NCBI GenBank assembly: GCA_963717505.1
Contig: OY970342.1
Location: 155,674 to 219,673, forward strand
Direction: 5' to 3'
Length of the DNA stretch: 64,000 nucleotides
From: Candidatus Eiseniibacteriota bacterium
GTDB lineage: Bacteria; Eisenbacteria; RBG-16-71-46
A program made the translations under genes and the position numbers. Numbering within the stretch: position 1 is the stretch's first letter; the number at the start of each line of letters is the position of its first letter. Shown piece after piece: positions 56,398 to 64,000 of this stretch. The notes beneath the pieces were generated by a model, which saw nothing but the letters and a program-made list of their open reading frames with translations, was not told where the DNA came from and did not search any database.

Positions 56398-58377
56398 GTG
56401 CTCGAACGATTGCGGGCGGTCCTGATCGGCGGTCCGAAGAACTTCCTCGACCCCCGCATCCATCACGCGCTGGCCCTGGTCGCCTTCTTCGCCTGGGTCG
56501 GTCTCGGCTCCGACGGACTCTCGTCGTCGTGCTATGGACCCGAGGAGGCGTTTCGCGAGCTGGGTCGCCATCGCCACCTCGCGCTCTACCTGGTCGTTGC
56601 GATTGTCGGGACCGTCTTCCTCATTTCGGCCTCGTACAGCTACATCATCGAGTTGTTCCCGACCGGCGGCGGCGGCTACCTGGTGGCGACCAAGCTGCTG
56701 GGACCGACGCCGGGCGTGGTCTCGGGTGGTGCGCTGGTCGTGGACTACATCCTCACGATCGCGATCTCGGTTGCCTCGGGGTGCGACGCCATCTTCTCTT
56801 TCCTGCCGGAGGTCTGGCACGTTTTCAAGCTCCCGGTCGAGCTGGTGGTCGTCGCCACCCTGAGCAACATGAACGTGCGCGGGGTCAAGGAATCCATCTT
56901 CGTCCTGACCCCGATCTTCCTCGGCTTCATCCTCAGCCACATCGCGCTGATCCTGGTGGGCACCTTCGGGCACGCGACCGCGTTCCCGACGCTGATCCAG
57001 GACACCATGATCGACACCCGCGGCGCCATCGACGAGATGGGCATGATCGGCGTCGCGCTGGTCTTCCTGCGCGCGTTCTCGCTGGGCGGCGGCACGTTCA
57101 CGGGCATCGAGGCGGTCAGCAACAGCACCGAGATCCTGCGCGAGCCGCGCGCGGTCACCGGGCGACGGACCATGCTCTACATGGCGATCTCGCTGGCGTT
57201 CACCGCCGGCGGCATTCTGCTCAGCTACCTGATCAACGACGTTCACCACGAGACCGGCAAGACGCTGAACGCCTCGCTGTGGTCGACGTTGACTTCGGGC
57301 TGGCAGATCGGCGGCTGGAACATCGGGCCGGGGGTGGTGGTGTTCACCCTCCTCTCGGAGGGGGCGCTGCTGTTCGTCGCCGCGCAGACCGGGTTCATCG
57401 CGGGTCCGCGCACGCTGGCGGCGATGGCGGTCGACAACTGGGTGCCCAAGCGTTTCAGCCATCTCTCCGAGCGACTGGTCACCCAGAACGGGGTGCTCAC
57501 CATGGGACTGGCCGCTGCGCTCACTCTGCTCTATACCGGCGGCTCGGTGCGACTGCTGGTGGTCATGTACTCGATCAACGTGTTCCTGACCTTCACGCTG
57601 ACCCAGCTCGGCATGGTGCGGCACTGGATCAACGTGCGCAGCGAGGTCGTACACTGGCGGCGCCGCCTTACCGTGGCGTTGCTCGGCACCGGCGTGACCG
57701 GTGGCATTCTGGTGGTGACCACGGTGGTCAAGTTCCAGGAAGGCGGCTGGGTGACGTTGCTGGCGACCGGAGGCTTCGTCGGCTTCTGTTTCATCGTTCG
57801 CACGCACTATCGGCGCGTGCAGAAGCTACTGTCGTCGCTCGACGAGGTGCTGACCAACATCCCGATGCAGGACCCCAAGGAGCAGCCCGAGCTTGACCCC
57901 GAAGGCGCGACCGCGATCGTGCTGGTCGAATCGTATCGTGGGCTCGGGATTCACACGCTGCTCTCGATCCATCGCATGCTGCCGCGGCACTTCAAGAACT
58001 TCGTGTTCTGCTCGGTCGGCCTGGTCGACTCCGGTCAGTTCAAAGGGGTTCGCGAGCTGGAAGCACTCGAGCAGAAAGTGCGGAAGGATCTCGAGAAATA
58101 CGTCGCGCTCGCGAATCGAATGGGGTTCTACGCCGAGTATCGCTTTACCATGGGCACCGACCTGATCCAGGAACTCGAGGGTCTCTGCCTCGATCTGGTC
58201 AAGGAATTCCGGAAGCCCGTGGTGTTCGCCGGCCAGCTCGTGTTCCAGCGTGAGAACCTATTCACGCGTACGCTGCACCACGAGACTGCGTTCTCGATCC
58301 AACGCCGGCTGCAGTTCGCCGGCATTCAGGTCATCATCCTGCCGATCCGCGTCTGGGAAAAGAAGCGGTCGGCGTAA
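56398..58377 (+). CDS. APC-superfamily amino-acid/polyamine permease with C-terminal cytoplasmic domain
   Basis: GTG 56398; the first 240 codons of ORF 55678..58377 are antisense to the UDG gene. 12 TM-like segments (GSDGLSSSCYGPEEAF, FPTGGGGYLVATKLLG, FTGIEAVSNSTE). ~200-aa soluble C-terminus. Confidence 0.8.
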   Translation: MLERLRAVLIGGPKNFLDPRIHHALALVAFFAWVGLGSDGLSSSCYGPEEAFRELGRHRHLALYLVVAIVGTVFLISASYSYIIELFPTGGGGYLVATKLLGPTPGVVSGGALVVDYILTIAISVASGCDAIFSFLPEVWHVFKLPVELVVVATLSNMNVRGVKESIFVLTPIFLGFILSHIALILVGTFGHATAFPTLIQDTMIDTRGAIDEMGMIGVALVFLRAFSLGGGTFTGIEAVSNSTEILREPRAVTGRRTMLYMAISLAFTAGGILLSYLINDVHHETGKTLNASLWSTLTSGWQIGGWNIGPGVVVFTLLSEGALLFVAAQTGFIAGPRTLAAMAVDNWVPKRFSHLSERLVTQNGVLTMGLAAALTLLYTGGSVRLLVVMYSINVFLTFTLTQLGMVRHWINVRSEVVHWRRRLTVALLGTGVTGGILVVTTVVKFQEGGWVTLLATGGFVGFCFIVRTHYRRVQKLLSSLDEVLTNIPMQDPKEQPELDPEGATAIVLVESYRGLGIHTLLSIHRMLPRHFKNFVFCSVGLVDSGQFKGVRELEALEQKVRKDLEKYVALANRMGFYAEYRFTMGTDLIQELEGLCLDLVKEFRKPVVFAGQLVFQRENLFTRTLHHETAFSIQRRLQFAGIQVIILPIRVWEKKRSA

Positions 58378-58388
58378 CGGAGACACTC

Positions 58389-59167
58389 ATGTACACGATC
58401 GATCTCTCCGGCCAACACGCGTTGATCATGGGCGTGGCCAACCACCGCAGCCTGTCGTGGGCGATCGCCCAGTATCTGCACCAGGCTGGCGCCAAACTCG
58501 CGCTGACCTATCAGGGCGACCGGCTCAAGTCCATGGTCGAGGAGCTGGCCAAGCCGCTGGTCGACGTCCAGCTCATCGAATGCGACGTCACGCGCGACGA
58601 CCAGATCGACGCGGTCGCCAAGCGCCTGGGCGAGACCTGGGGCTCGATCGAAATGCTGGTCCACGGCATCGCGTTCGCGCGCAAGGAGGATCTCGAAGGC
58701 GACTTTGCCGCGACGTCGCGCGAGGGCTTTCAGTTGGCACTCGAGATCAGCGCGTATCTCTCTGTCTGAACGTCACGAACCGATTGCTGCCGTTGCTCGA
58801 GAAGAACGGCGCGAGCATCGCGACCCTGTCCTACCTGGCCGCCGAGCGCGCGGTGCCGAGCTACAACGTGATGGGCAGCGCCAAGGCGGTGCTCGAGCAG
58901 ATCGTGCGCCAGCTCGCGTTCGAATTCGGTCCCAAGAACATCCGGGTCAACGCGCTGTCGGCCGGGCCGGTGAGCACGCTGGCCTCGCGCGGCATCCAGG
59001 GTTTCGTCGGCATGCTCAAAGGCCACGCAGAGAAGGCGCCGCTCAAGCGCAACATCACCAAGGAAGAGGTCGGCAAGGCCGGACTGTTCCTGCTCACGGA
59101 CTTGTCGAGCGGCATCACCGGCGAGACGCTGTACGTCGACGCCGGGTATCACATCATGGGCTGGTAG
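58389..59167 (+). pseudogene. fabI: enoyl-[acyl-carrier-protein] reductase FabI, with one apparent frameshift at ~58757-58768
   Basis: Frame 1: MYTIDLSGQHALIMGVANHRSLSWAIAQ...REGFQLALEISAY, then a premature TGA at 58767. The next frame continues SLCLNVTNRLLPLLEKNGASIATLSYLAAERAVPSYNVMGSAKAVLE...VNALSAGPVSTLASRGI...ITGETLYVDAGYHIMGW. Collinear with E. coli FabI (ISSYSF...[26 protein letters not shown]). Confidence 0.85.
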
Positions 59168-59383
59168 CCGCCCCAAAGCTCCGTTTTCCGCGCGGCCGCG
59201 CCCCCGGTGGGTCGCTCCAGCATCTGGCCATCTCCTGGCCACCGACGCCCCGCGAATCGAGTCCTCCCTCCACGAAAGCCCGTTCGCCCTCCACCCCCCG
59301 AACGTAGGAAGGGTCAGGCACCGTGGGTGCGGCTTCGGCCGAAGCCGGCCGCCGGTGTTTGGACCGAAAAGGAGGAGAAGGTC

Positions 59384-59587
59384 ATGAGGAAGCTCGTCGT
59401 CAAAGCCGTCGCCATCGCTCTGGCCCTGGCAGCGATTCTGCCGGGGATCAGCGCGGCCAAACTGGCGTCGAATCACAACCGCACCCTGCTCAGGGTGGTC
59501 GCCATCGCTCTGGCGCTGGCAGCCATTCTGCCGGGGATCAGTGCGGCCAAACTGGCGTCGAATCACAACCGGACGCTGCTCGGCTAG
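59384..59587 (+). CDS. small hydrophobic protein made of two identical 28-aa tandem units (67 aa)
   Basis: ATG 7 nt after AAGGAGGAG. MRKLVVKA-[VAIALALAAILPGISAAKLASNHNRTLL]-RV-[same 28 aa]-G. The two DNA copies differ only at 5 synonymous third positions. Confidence 0.55.
   Translation: MRKLVVKAVAIALALAAILPGISAAKLASNHNRTLLRVVAIALALAAILPGISAAKLASNHNRTLLG
59408..59581 (+). repeat. 90-nt-period tandem duplication (2 copies, 84-nt cores 79/84 identical)
   Basis: Cores 59408-59491 and 59498-59581. Differences are GCC/GCG, GCG/GCC, AGC/AGT, CGC/CGG, ACC/ACG. Confidence 0.9.
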
Positions 59588-59729
59588 TCGCGGGCAGGCC
59601 GGCCCGGCGCGGAGTCTTCTGCTCCGCGCTCGGGCCAGCGATTCCGTCGCGAGAGGCGCATCCGTGCGACGCCCGCTGCTCGACCTTCGCGCCCGATGGC
59701 TCGGCGCTACAGGGCCCGACCGCGCGCGG

Positions 59730-61976
59730 ATGGTGTCCCTACCCGCAGCCCTGAACGTAATCATTTGCCTCGTGTCGGCGGCGGTCGCCAGCGCCGACGA
59801 CCCGGTCTCGCTCCCCCCACTGACCATCGCTCGCGCCTCGGGGCCGATCGCCCTGGACGGAGCCCTCGACGATGCCGGCTGGCAGGGCGCAACCCCCATC
59901 ACCACTTGGTTCGAGACCAACGTCGGCGACAATGTCGAGCCCCAGGTGCGCAACGTCGCGTTCTTGGCGTACGACTCCCGTTACCTCTATGCGGCGTTCC
60001 GGTTCGAGGACCCACGACCCGACGCGATTCGCGCACCACTCGGCGATCACGACGCCATGCCGCCCTCGACCGACTACGCCGGCGTGATCGTCAACAGCCT
60101 GAACGACGGCAAGACCGCGCAGATGTTCATGGCCAATCCGCGCGGCGCCCAATACGACGCGCTGAACAGCGATGCCTCGGGCGAGGACAGCGCTCCCGAC
60201 TTTCTGTGGGACGCGGCGGGCCGCATCACCTCGACCGGCTGGTCGTTGGAGATGAGGATCCCGTACGCGTCGTTGCGCTACGCGAACCAGGCGGAACCGA
60301 CGTGGCAGATCATGCTCCACCGCAACTATCCGCGGGATCGGCGCTATCAGTTCTTCACCGCGCGAATCCCACGCGACGCCAACTGCTTCGTGTGCAGCTC
60401 GACCCCGTTGGTCGGCCTCGCCGACTTGCCTCGCGGATCGCACCTGGTGGTGGCACCGTACGTGACCGCGCAAGGAGCCCAAGTTCCCCAGGGCGACCCA
60501 GGCAGTCCACTCGAGACCCGGGCCACCGAGACCGACGGTGGTCTGGACCTCAAGTGGAGCCCGTCGACCAGCGGTGCCATTGATCTCACGATCAACCCCG
60601 ACTTCTCCCAGGTCGAGTCCGATGCCGCACAGATCACGGCCAACGAGCGCTCGGCGCTGTTCTTCCCCGAGAAGCGTCCGTTCTTCCTCGAAGGCGTCGA
60701 CCTGCTGTCCACGCCACTGCCGGTGGTCTACACGCGCTCGATCACGTCACCGCGCGCCGGCCTTCGCGCCACCGGGAAACGCGGCGGCACGGCGTTCACC
60801 GCGCTGGTCACCCACGATCGCGGCGGTGGGCTCGTGATCCTGCCCGGGCCGCAGGGCTCGGGGTTCGCACTTCAAGACTTCCCCTCCGACGTCGGCATCC
60901 TGCGGGTTCGTCACGACCTCGGGAGCTCGTTCGTGAGCCTGCTCGCCACCGGGCGCATGCTCGACCAGGGCGGCAGTAATCTGGTGGTCGGCCCGGACGC
61001 CCAGTGGCGACCGAGTGATTCCGACGCGCTCACAGCCCAGGCGTTGTGGAGCCAGAGCCAGACGCCGAACCTGCCCGAGCTGGCCGCCGAATGGGACGGC
61101 CGCGTCTTGAACGACCATGCGCTCTTTCTCGATTGGTCGCATACCACCGAACGGGTCGACTGGGTACTCGAGACCCTCGACATTGGCTCCGATTTTCGCG
61201 CCGACAACGGCTTCATGCCGCAGGTCGGATATCGCGAGGCGTATCTCGACGCCGGCTACACGCTGCGCCCCGATCAGGCGTTCGCCTCGCGGATTCGCTT
61301 CTTCACCGAGGACTACTACGACGTCGAGCCCGACGGGCGCCCGCTCAACCAGCATCTGTCTCTGGGGTCCGAGATGGACGGTCTGTGGAACAGCCTCACG
61401 CGCTTCGAGGTCAATCTCGAGAACGTCCGCGTCGGCGAGGCCTGGCTCCAGCGCTTCCGCCCGCGCGTGTTATTCCAGGCCAGCCCGGGTCGGATCCTGA
61501 ACCAGTTCACGCTCGATACACGCTTCGGCCAGGAGATCGACTTCGACAACGCACGCGAAGGCGACGGAATCAACGTCGTGGCCAGCGTAACCGTGCGTCC
61601 GAACGCGCACCTCGAGGTCCAGGGCAACAGCGATCTCAGGACCTTGAACGCCGCGTTGCCGGGCGGCCCCCGCATGCGGGTGTTCACGGCGGGGGTCGGA
61701 CGCGTTCGTGCAACCTGGTCGTTCACCGCGCGTGCGTTCGTGCGAGTGGTCGGCCAGTACGTCGAGACCCGCCGCGACCCGACGATGTACACCTTCGAGG
61801 TCCCGTCTCGCGAGGCGGAACTCACCGGCTCGGCACTCGCCGCCTACAAGGTCAACTGGCAGACTGTGTTCTACCTCGGCTACGGGGACGCGACGACCTG
61901 GGCCGTGTCGCGGGCCGATTGGGCGCCCGGAGCCCGGGAAGTGTTCGCCAAGGTGTCGTACGCGTGGCAGGAGTAG
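59730..61976 (+). CDS. DUF5916 / carbohydrate-binding family 9-like outer-membrane-associated protein
   Basis: ATG 59730; signal peptide. IALDGALDDAGWQGATPITTWFE..., YDSRYLYAAFRFEDP, FMANPRGAQYDA and GWSLEMRIPYASLRY match the CBM9-like N-terminal module of DUF5916 proteins. Long beta-rich C-terminus. Confidence 0.8.
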   Translation: MVSLPAALNVIICLVSAAVASADDPVSLPPLTIARASGPIALDGALDDAGWQGATPITTWFETNVGDNVEPQVRNVAFLAYDSRYLYAAFRFEDPRPDAIRAPLGDHDAMPPSTDYAGVIVNSLNDGKTAQMFMANPRGAQYDALNSDASGEDSAPDFLWDAAGRITSTGWSLEMRIPYASLRYANQAEPTWQIMLHRNYPRDRRYQFFTARIPRDANCFVCSSTPLVGLADLPRGSHLVVAPYVTAQGAQVPQGDPGSPLETRATETDGGLDLKWSPSTSGAIDLTINPDFSQVESDAAQITANERSALFFPEKRPFFLEGVDLLSTPLPVVYTRSITSPRAGLRATGKRGGTAFTALVTHDRGGGLVILPGPQGSGFALQDFPSDVGILRVRHDLGSSFVSLLATGRMLDQGGSNLVVGPDAQWRPSDSDALTAQALWSQSQTPNLPELAAEWDGRVLNDHALFLDWSHTTERVDWVLETLDIGSDFRADNGFMPQVGYREAYLDAGYTLRPDQAFASRIRFFTEDYYDVEPDGRPLNQHLSLGSEMDGLWNSLTRFEVNLENVRVGEAWLQRFRPRVLFQASPGRILNQFTLDTRFGQEIDFDNAREGDGINVVASVTVRPNAHLEVQGNSDLRTLNAALPGGPRMRVFTAGVGRVRATWSFTARAFVRVVGQYVETRRDPTMYTFEVPSREAELTGSALAAYKVNWQTVFYLGYGDATTWAVSRADWAPGAREVFAKVSYAWQE

Positions 61977-62071
61977 TATTGATCCCGAAGCGCTGATAGA
62001 CCAAGGCGTTGGGGGTGAAGTCTCGTGTTCGCCGCGTCACGTGCCCGACCCGCCCGCCGCCGAGGCTCCCC

Positions 62072-64000
62072 ATGAGCCTCGGCGCTCGTGCTTGCCTGAT
62101 TGGGCTGATCGTTCAGGCATTCGCCATCTCGTCCACTCCCCGGGCGCAGACTCCGCCACCGGTCACCCCGCGATTCTCCCCGGTTCTTCTGGTGCCTCGG
62201 CCGGCGCGCAGCACCGGAGCGGAATGGGATTCGCTCGAGCGCTTCGAGCGCACCGGACGTTGGGCCGCCTCGGAGAGTTTGGCCACCACATTGATCCACG
62301 CGTCGGAGGCTGCCGGAGCACGAAAGGATTCCCTCGACTACTCGCGCGCGCTCTTCTACTTCGGCAACTCAAGGCTCATGCGCCGGCTTTACGCCGACGG
62401 CCGCGGATTCGAGTCCCTCGAGCGGGGCATCGGCATTCGCGAGCGCCGGGCCGGAGCCAACGACACGCTGTGCACCTGGGCTCACGTGAAGGCGGCGACG
62501 CTCTATCCGGAGGCAGGAGACCCTGATCTCGGTCTCGCGCACGGAGAAGTCGGCTTGCGAAGGCTGCTGGCTCGAACCCCAACCGACACCTCCATGCTGG
62601 CGCAGGCGCACCTCGCGGTGGCGGCTGCCCTGATCGCACTCGGTCGCGACGCCGAAGCCGGCCCGCATTTCGAAGATGCCCTCCACTTTCGCGAGCGTGC
62701 CGATGCGGGCGAGGGGCGGCTCATGGTGCCGATGCTCGCCGAGTACGGAGGCTACTTGTCGCGAGCCGGAGAGCTCGATCGTGCGCGAGCCATGCTGCAG
62801 CGCGCCGTGCGCATCGCCGAGCACGATCCCAACCCCGGATCCGATTTCTACGCCCAGTCCTTGGGCCGGCTGTCCTCGTTCGAAAATCGGGTCGGCAACG
62901 TCGCCGAGTCGATCGAGCTCGCGTGGCGTGCCTACGACGCCTCGCGTCGCCTGGGGGAAATCACGGTGCCCGCGCTGCGGGCGCGCACGGTGCTCGCCTA
63001 TCGATTGCAGGATTTCGGCGACCCGCAAGGCTCGGTTGCACTGCTGCGCGAGATTATTCCGGGCCTCGAGACTACGGTCGGGGCGAACAACGCCCAGACG
63101 CTCAATGCCCGACTTGCGCTGGTCTGGGCCCTCATCGAGATCGGCGACACGGCGACGGCCGAGCGTGAGCTCGCGGCGGCGCGGCCGGCGTTGGCCACTC
63201 AGAATCCCAGGACCAGCAACAATCCGGTGTATGCGATGCAGCTCTCGGGCGACCTCGCGGGCCTGCGCGGCTTCCACATTGCCGCCCGCGAGACGCTGGC
63301 AGGCGCGGTGGCTCTCGAGCGAGTCCGGCACGACCCCTTCGGAGCCCGCGAGGCCGTCCTGCTGGCCCACCTGATGGACAACCTGCTCGAGCCCGCGGAT
63401 CGCGACCGCGTCCTCGAGGTCGGGCGGCAGATCGACCGCCTACGCGACAGCACGCACGTTCGCGCCACCCCCGAGTGGCACACGCTACTCCTGGCTCGCG
63501 GGTCGGCGGAAGGGCGAGTGGGCCTGCAAACGGCGGCATGGGAACACGCGCTCGAGGCGGAGCGACTGTCCCGGGAACTCCTCACCTATCAGTTGGAGGC
63601 GTTGCCGGACGTGCGCGGGCTCCAGCTGGCGCGCGCGCTCGGCGGGCCGTGCGAGCTGCTGGCCGCGCTCGTCAATCCTGACTCGGCGGGCCGCGTGGCG
63701 ACCGCCTGGGACCGCATCGTGCGCTGGCGCGGCGTCGTCGGCCACGAGATCGCCCGTCGCCGGGCTCCGGTCGCCGCCGCGAGCGACAGTGCCCTGGCTG
63801 CCGCCCATGCGCGATGGGTGTCCGCGCAGCGCCAGCTCGCCCAGCTCGTGGTCAGCGGGGCCGCGCACCCGGACGACCCGGAGAGCGCCGAACGCTTCTC
63901 TGCGGCGTTCCAGCGCGCCGAAGATGCCGAGCGTGCGTTCCTTCGCTCGGCGCGTGGCTCGGTCCCGGCGGATTCGGTGGCGGGGCTCGATCTTGTCCTC
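62072..64000 (+). CDS. secreted TPR-like repeat protein, 3'-truncated by window end (possibly N-terminal part of a CHAT-domain protein)
   Basis: Not in the supplied ORF track, because there is no stop before the window end. I read ATG 62072 (MSLGARACLIGLIVQAFAISSTPRAQ) open through 64000 (643 codons) with GC-rich third positions. Helical repeat content. The CHAT guess rests only on typical architecture. Confidence 0.65.
   Translation, partial: MSLGARACLIGLIVQAFAISSTPRAQTPPPVTPRFSPVLLVPRPARSTGAEWDSLERFERTGRWAASESLATTLIHASEAAGARKDSLDYSRALFYFGNSRLMRRLYADGRGFESLERGIGIRERRAGANDTLCTWAHVKAATLYPEAGDPDLGLAHGEVGLRRLLARTPTDTSMLAQAHLAVAAALIALGRDAEAGPHFEDALHFRERADAGEGRLMVPMLAEYGGYLSRAGELDRARAMLQRAVRIAEHDPNPGSDFYAQSLGRLSSFENRVGNVAESIELAWRAYDASRRLGEITVPALRARTVLAYRLQDFGDPQGSVALLREIIPGLETTVGANNAQTLNARLALVWALIEIGDTATAERELAAARPALATQNPRTSNNPVYAMQLSGDLAGLRGFHIAARETLAGAVALERVRHDPFGAREAVLLAHLMDNLLEPADRDRVLEVGRQIDRLRDSTHVRATPEWHTLLLARGSAEGRVGLQTAAWEHALEAERLSRELLTYQLEALPDVRGLQLARALGGPCELLAALVNPDSAGRVATAWDRIVRWRGVVGHEIARRRAPVAAASDSALAAAHARWVSAQRQLAQLVVSGAAHPDDPESAERFSAAFQRAEDAERAFLRSARGSVPADSVAGLDLVL

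Noticed and set aside
59408-59581. Possible CRISPR-like or non-coding tandem repeat
   Set aside because: There are only two directly adjacent copies and no spacers. They are in frame within an SD-preceded ORF, with exclusively synonymous differences. I interpret it as coding (see findings).

Overview
This is a very GC-rich bacterial segment (roughly two-thirds G+C by eye, not computed), densely coding on both strands. I support about 48 protein genes and saw no rRNA, tRNA or CRISPR array. All family calls come from motifs I recognised by reading the ORF translations; no searches were run.

Content is dominated by envelope and secreted proteins. Eight otherwise unrelated secreted proteins end in the same ~85-aa FlgD-Ig / T9SS-type C-terminal domain:
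- a GEVED-repeat protein
- an Asp-box propeller
- an FG-GAP/VCBS protein
- a HAF-repeat protein
- an M14 carboxypeptidase
- an fn3 protein
- a YVTN-like propeller
- a helical protein

This points to an uncultured FCB-superphylum-like lineage (Gemmatimonadota / 'Eisenbacteria'-like), which is inference only.

Other content:
- two Ser/Thr kinase-TPR proteins, one convergent with a kinase-associated-type ECF sigma factor
- an ABC-2 exporter plus DUF4097
- a translationally coupled lrp-lat pair next to thrH
- TetR, a NUDIX-MBL fusion, family-5 UDG, an APC permease, fabI, a DUF5916/CBM9-like protein and a 3'-truncated TPR protein
- a frameshifted IS110-family transposase

Observations most worth follow-up:
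1. A compact cobalamin riboswitch sits upstream of a BtuB-like TonB receptor, followed by a T9SS-tailed beta-propeller that may be a BtuG-like B12 capture protein.
2. A strongly SD-preceded 67-codon ORF is built from two 30-codon tandem units that differ only by five synonymous changes.
3. A short C-terminal tail, [ST]WGQ[LI][KR]xxY[RH], is shared by three secreted proteins. It is distinct from the FlgD-type domain.
4. At least nine apparent single-nucleotide frameshifts fall in six genes between 26 and 59 kb, including fabI and a compensated pair inside one of two tandem paralogs. They are most simply assembly indels but need read-level checking.

Gene starts are often uncertain, and high GC generates many long shadow ORFs, which I rejected.
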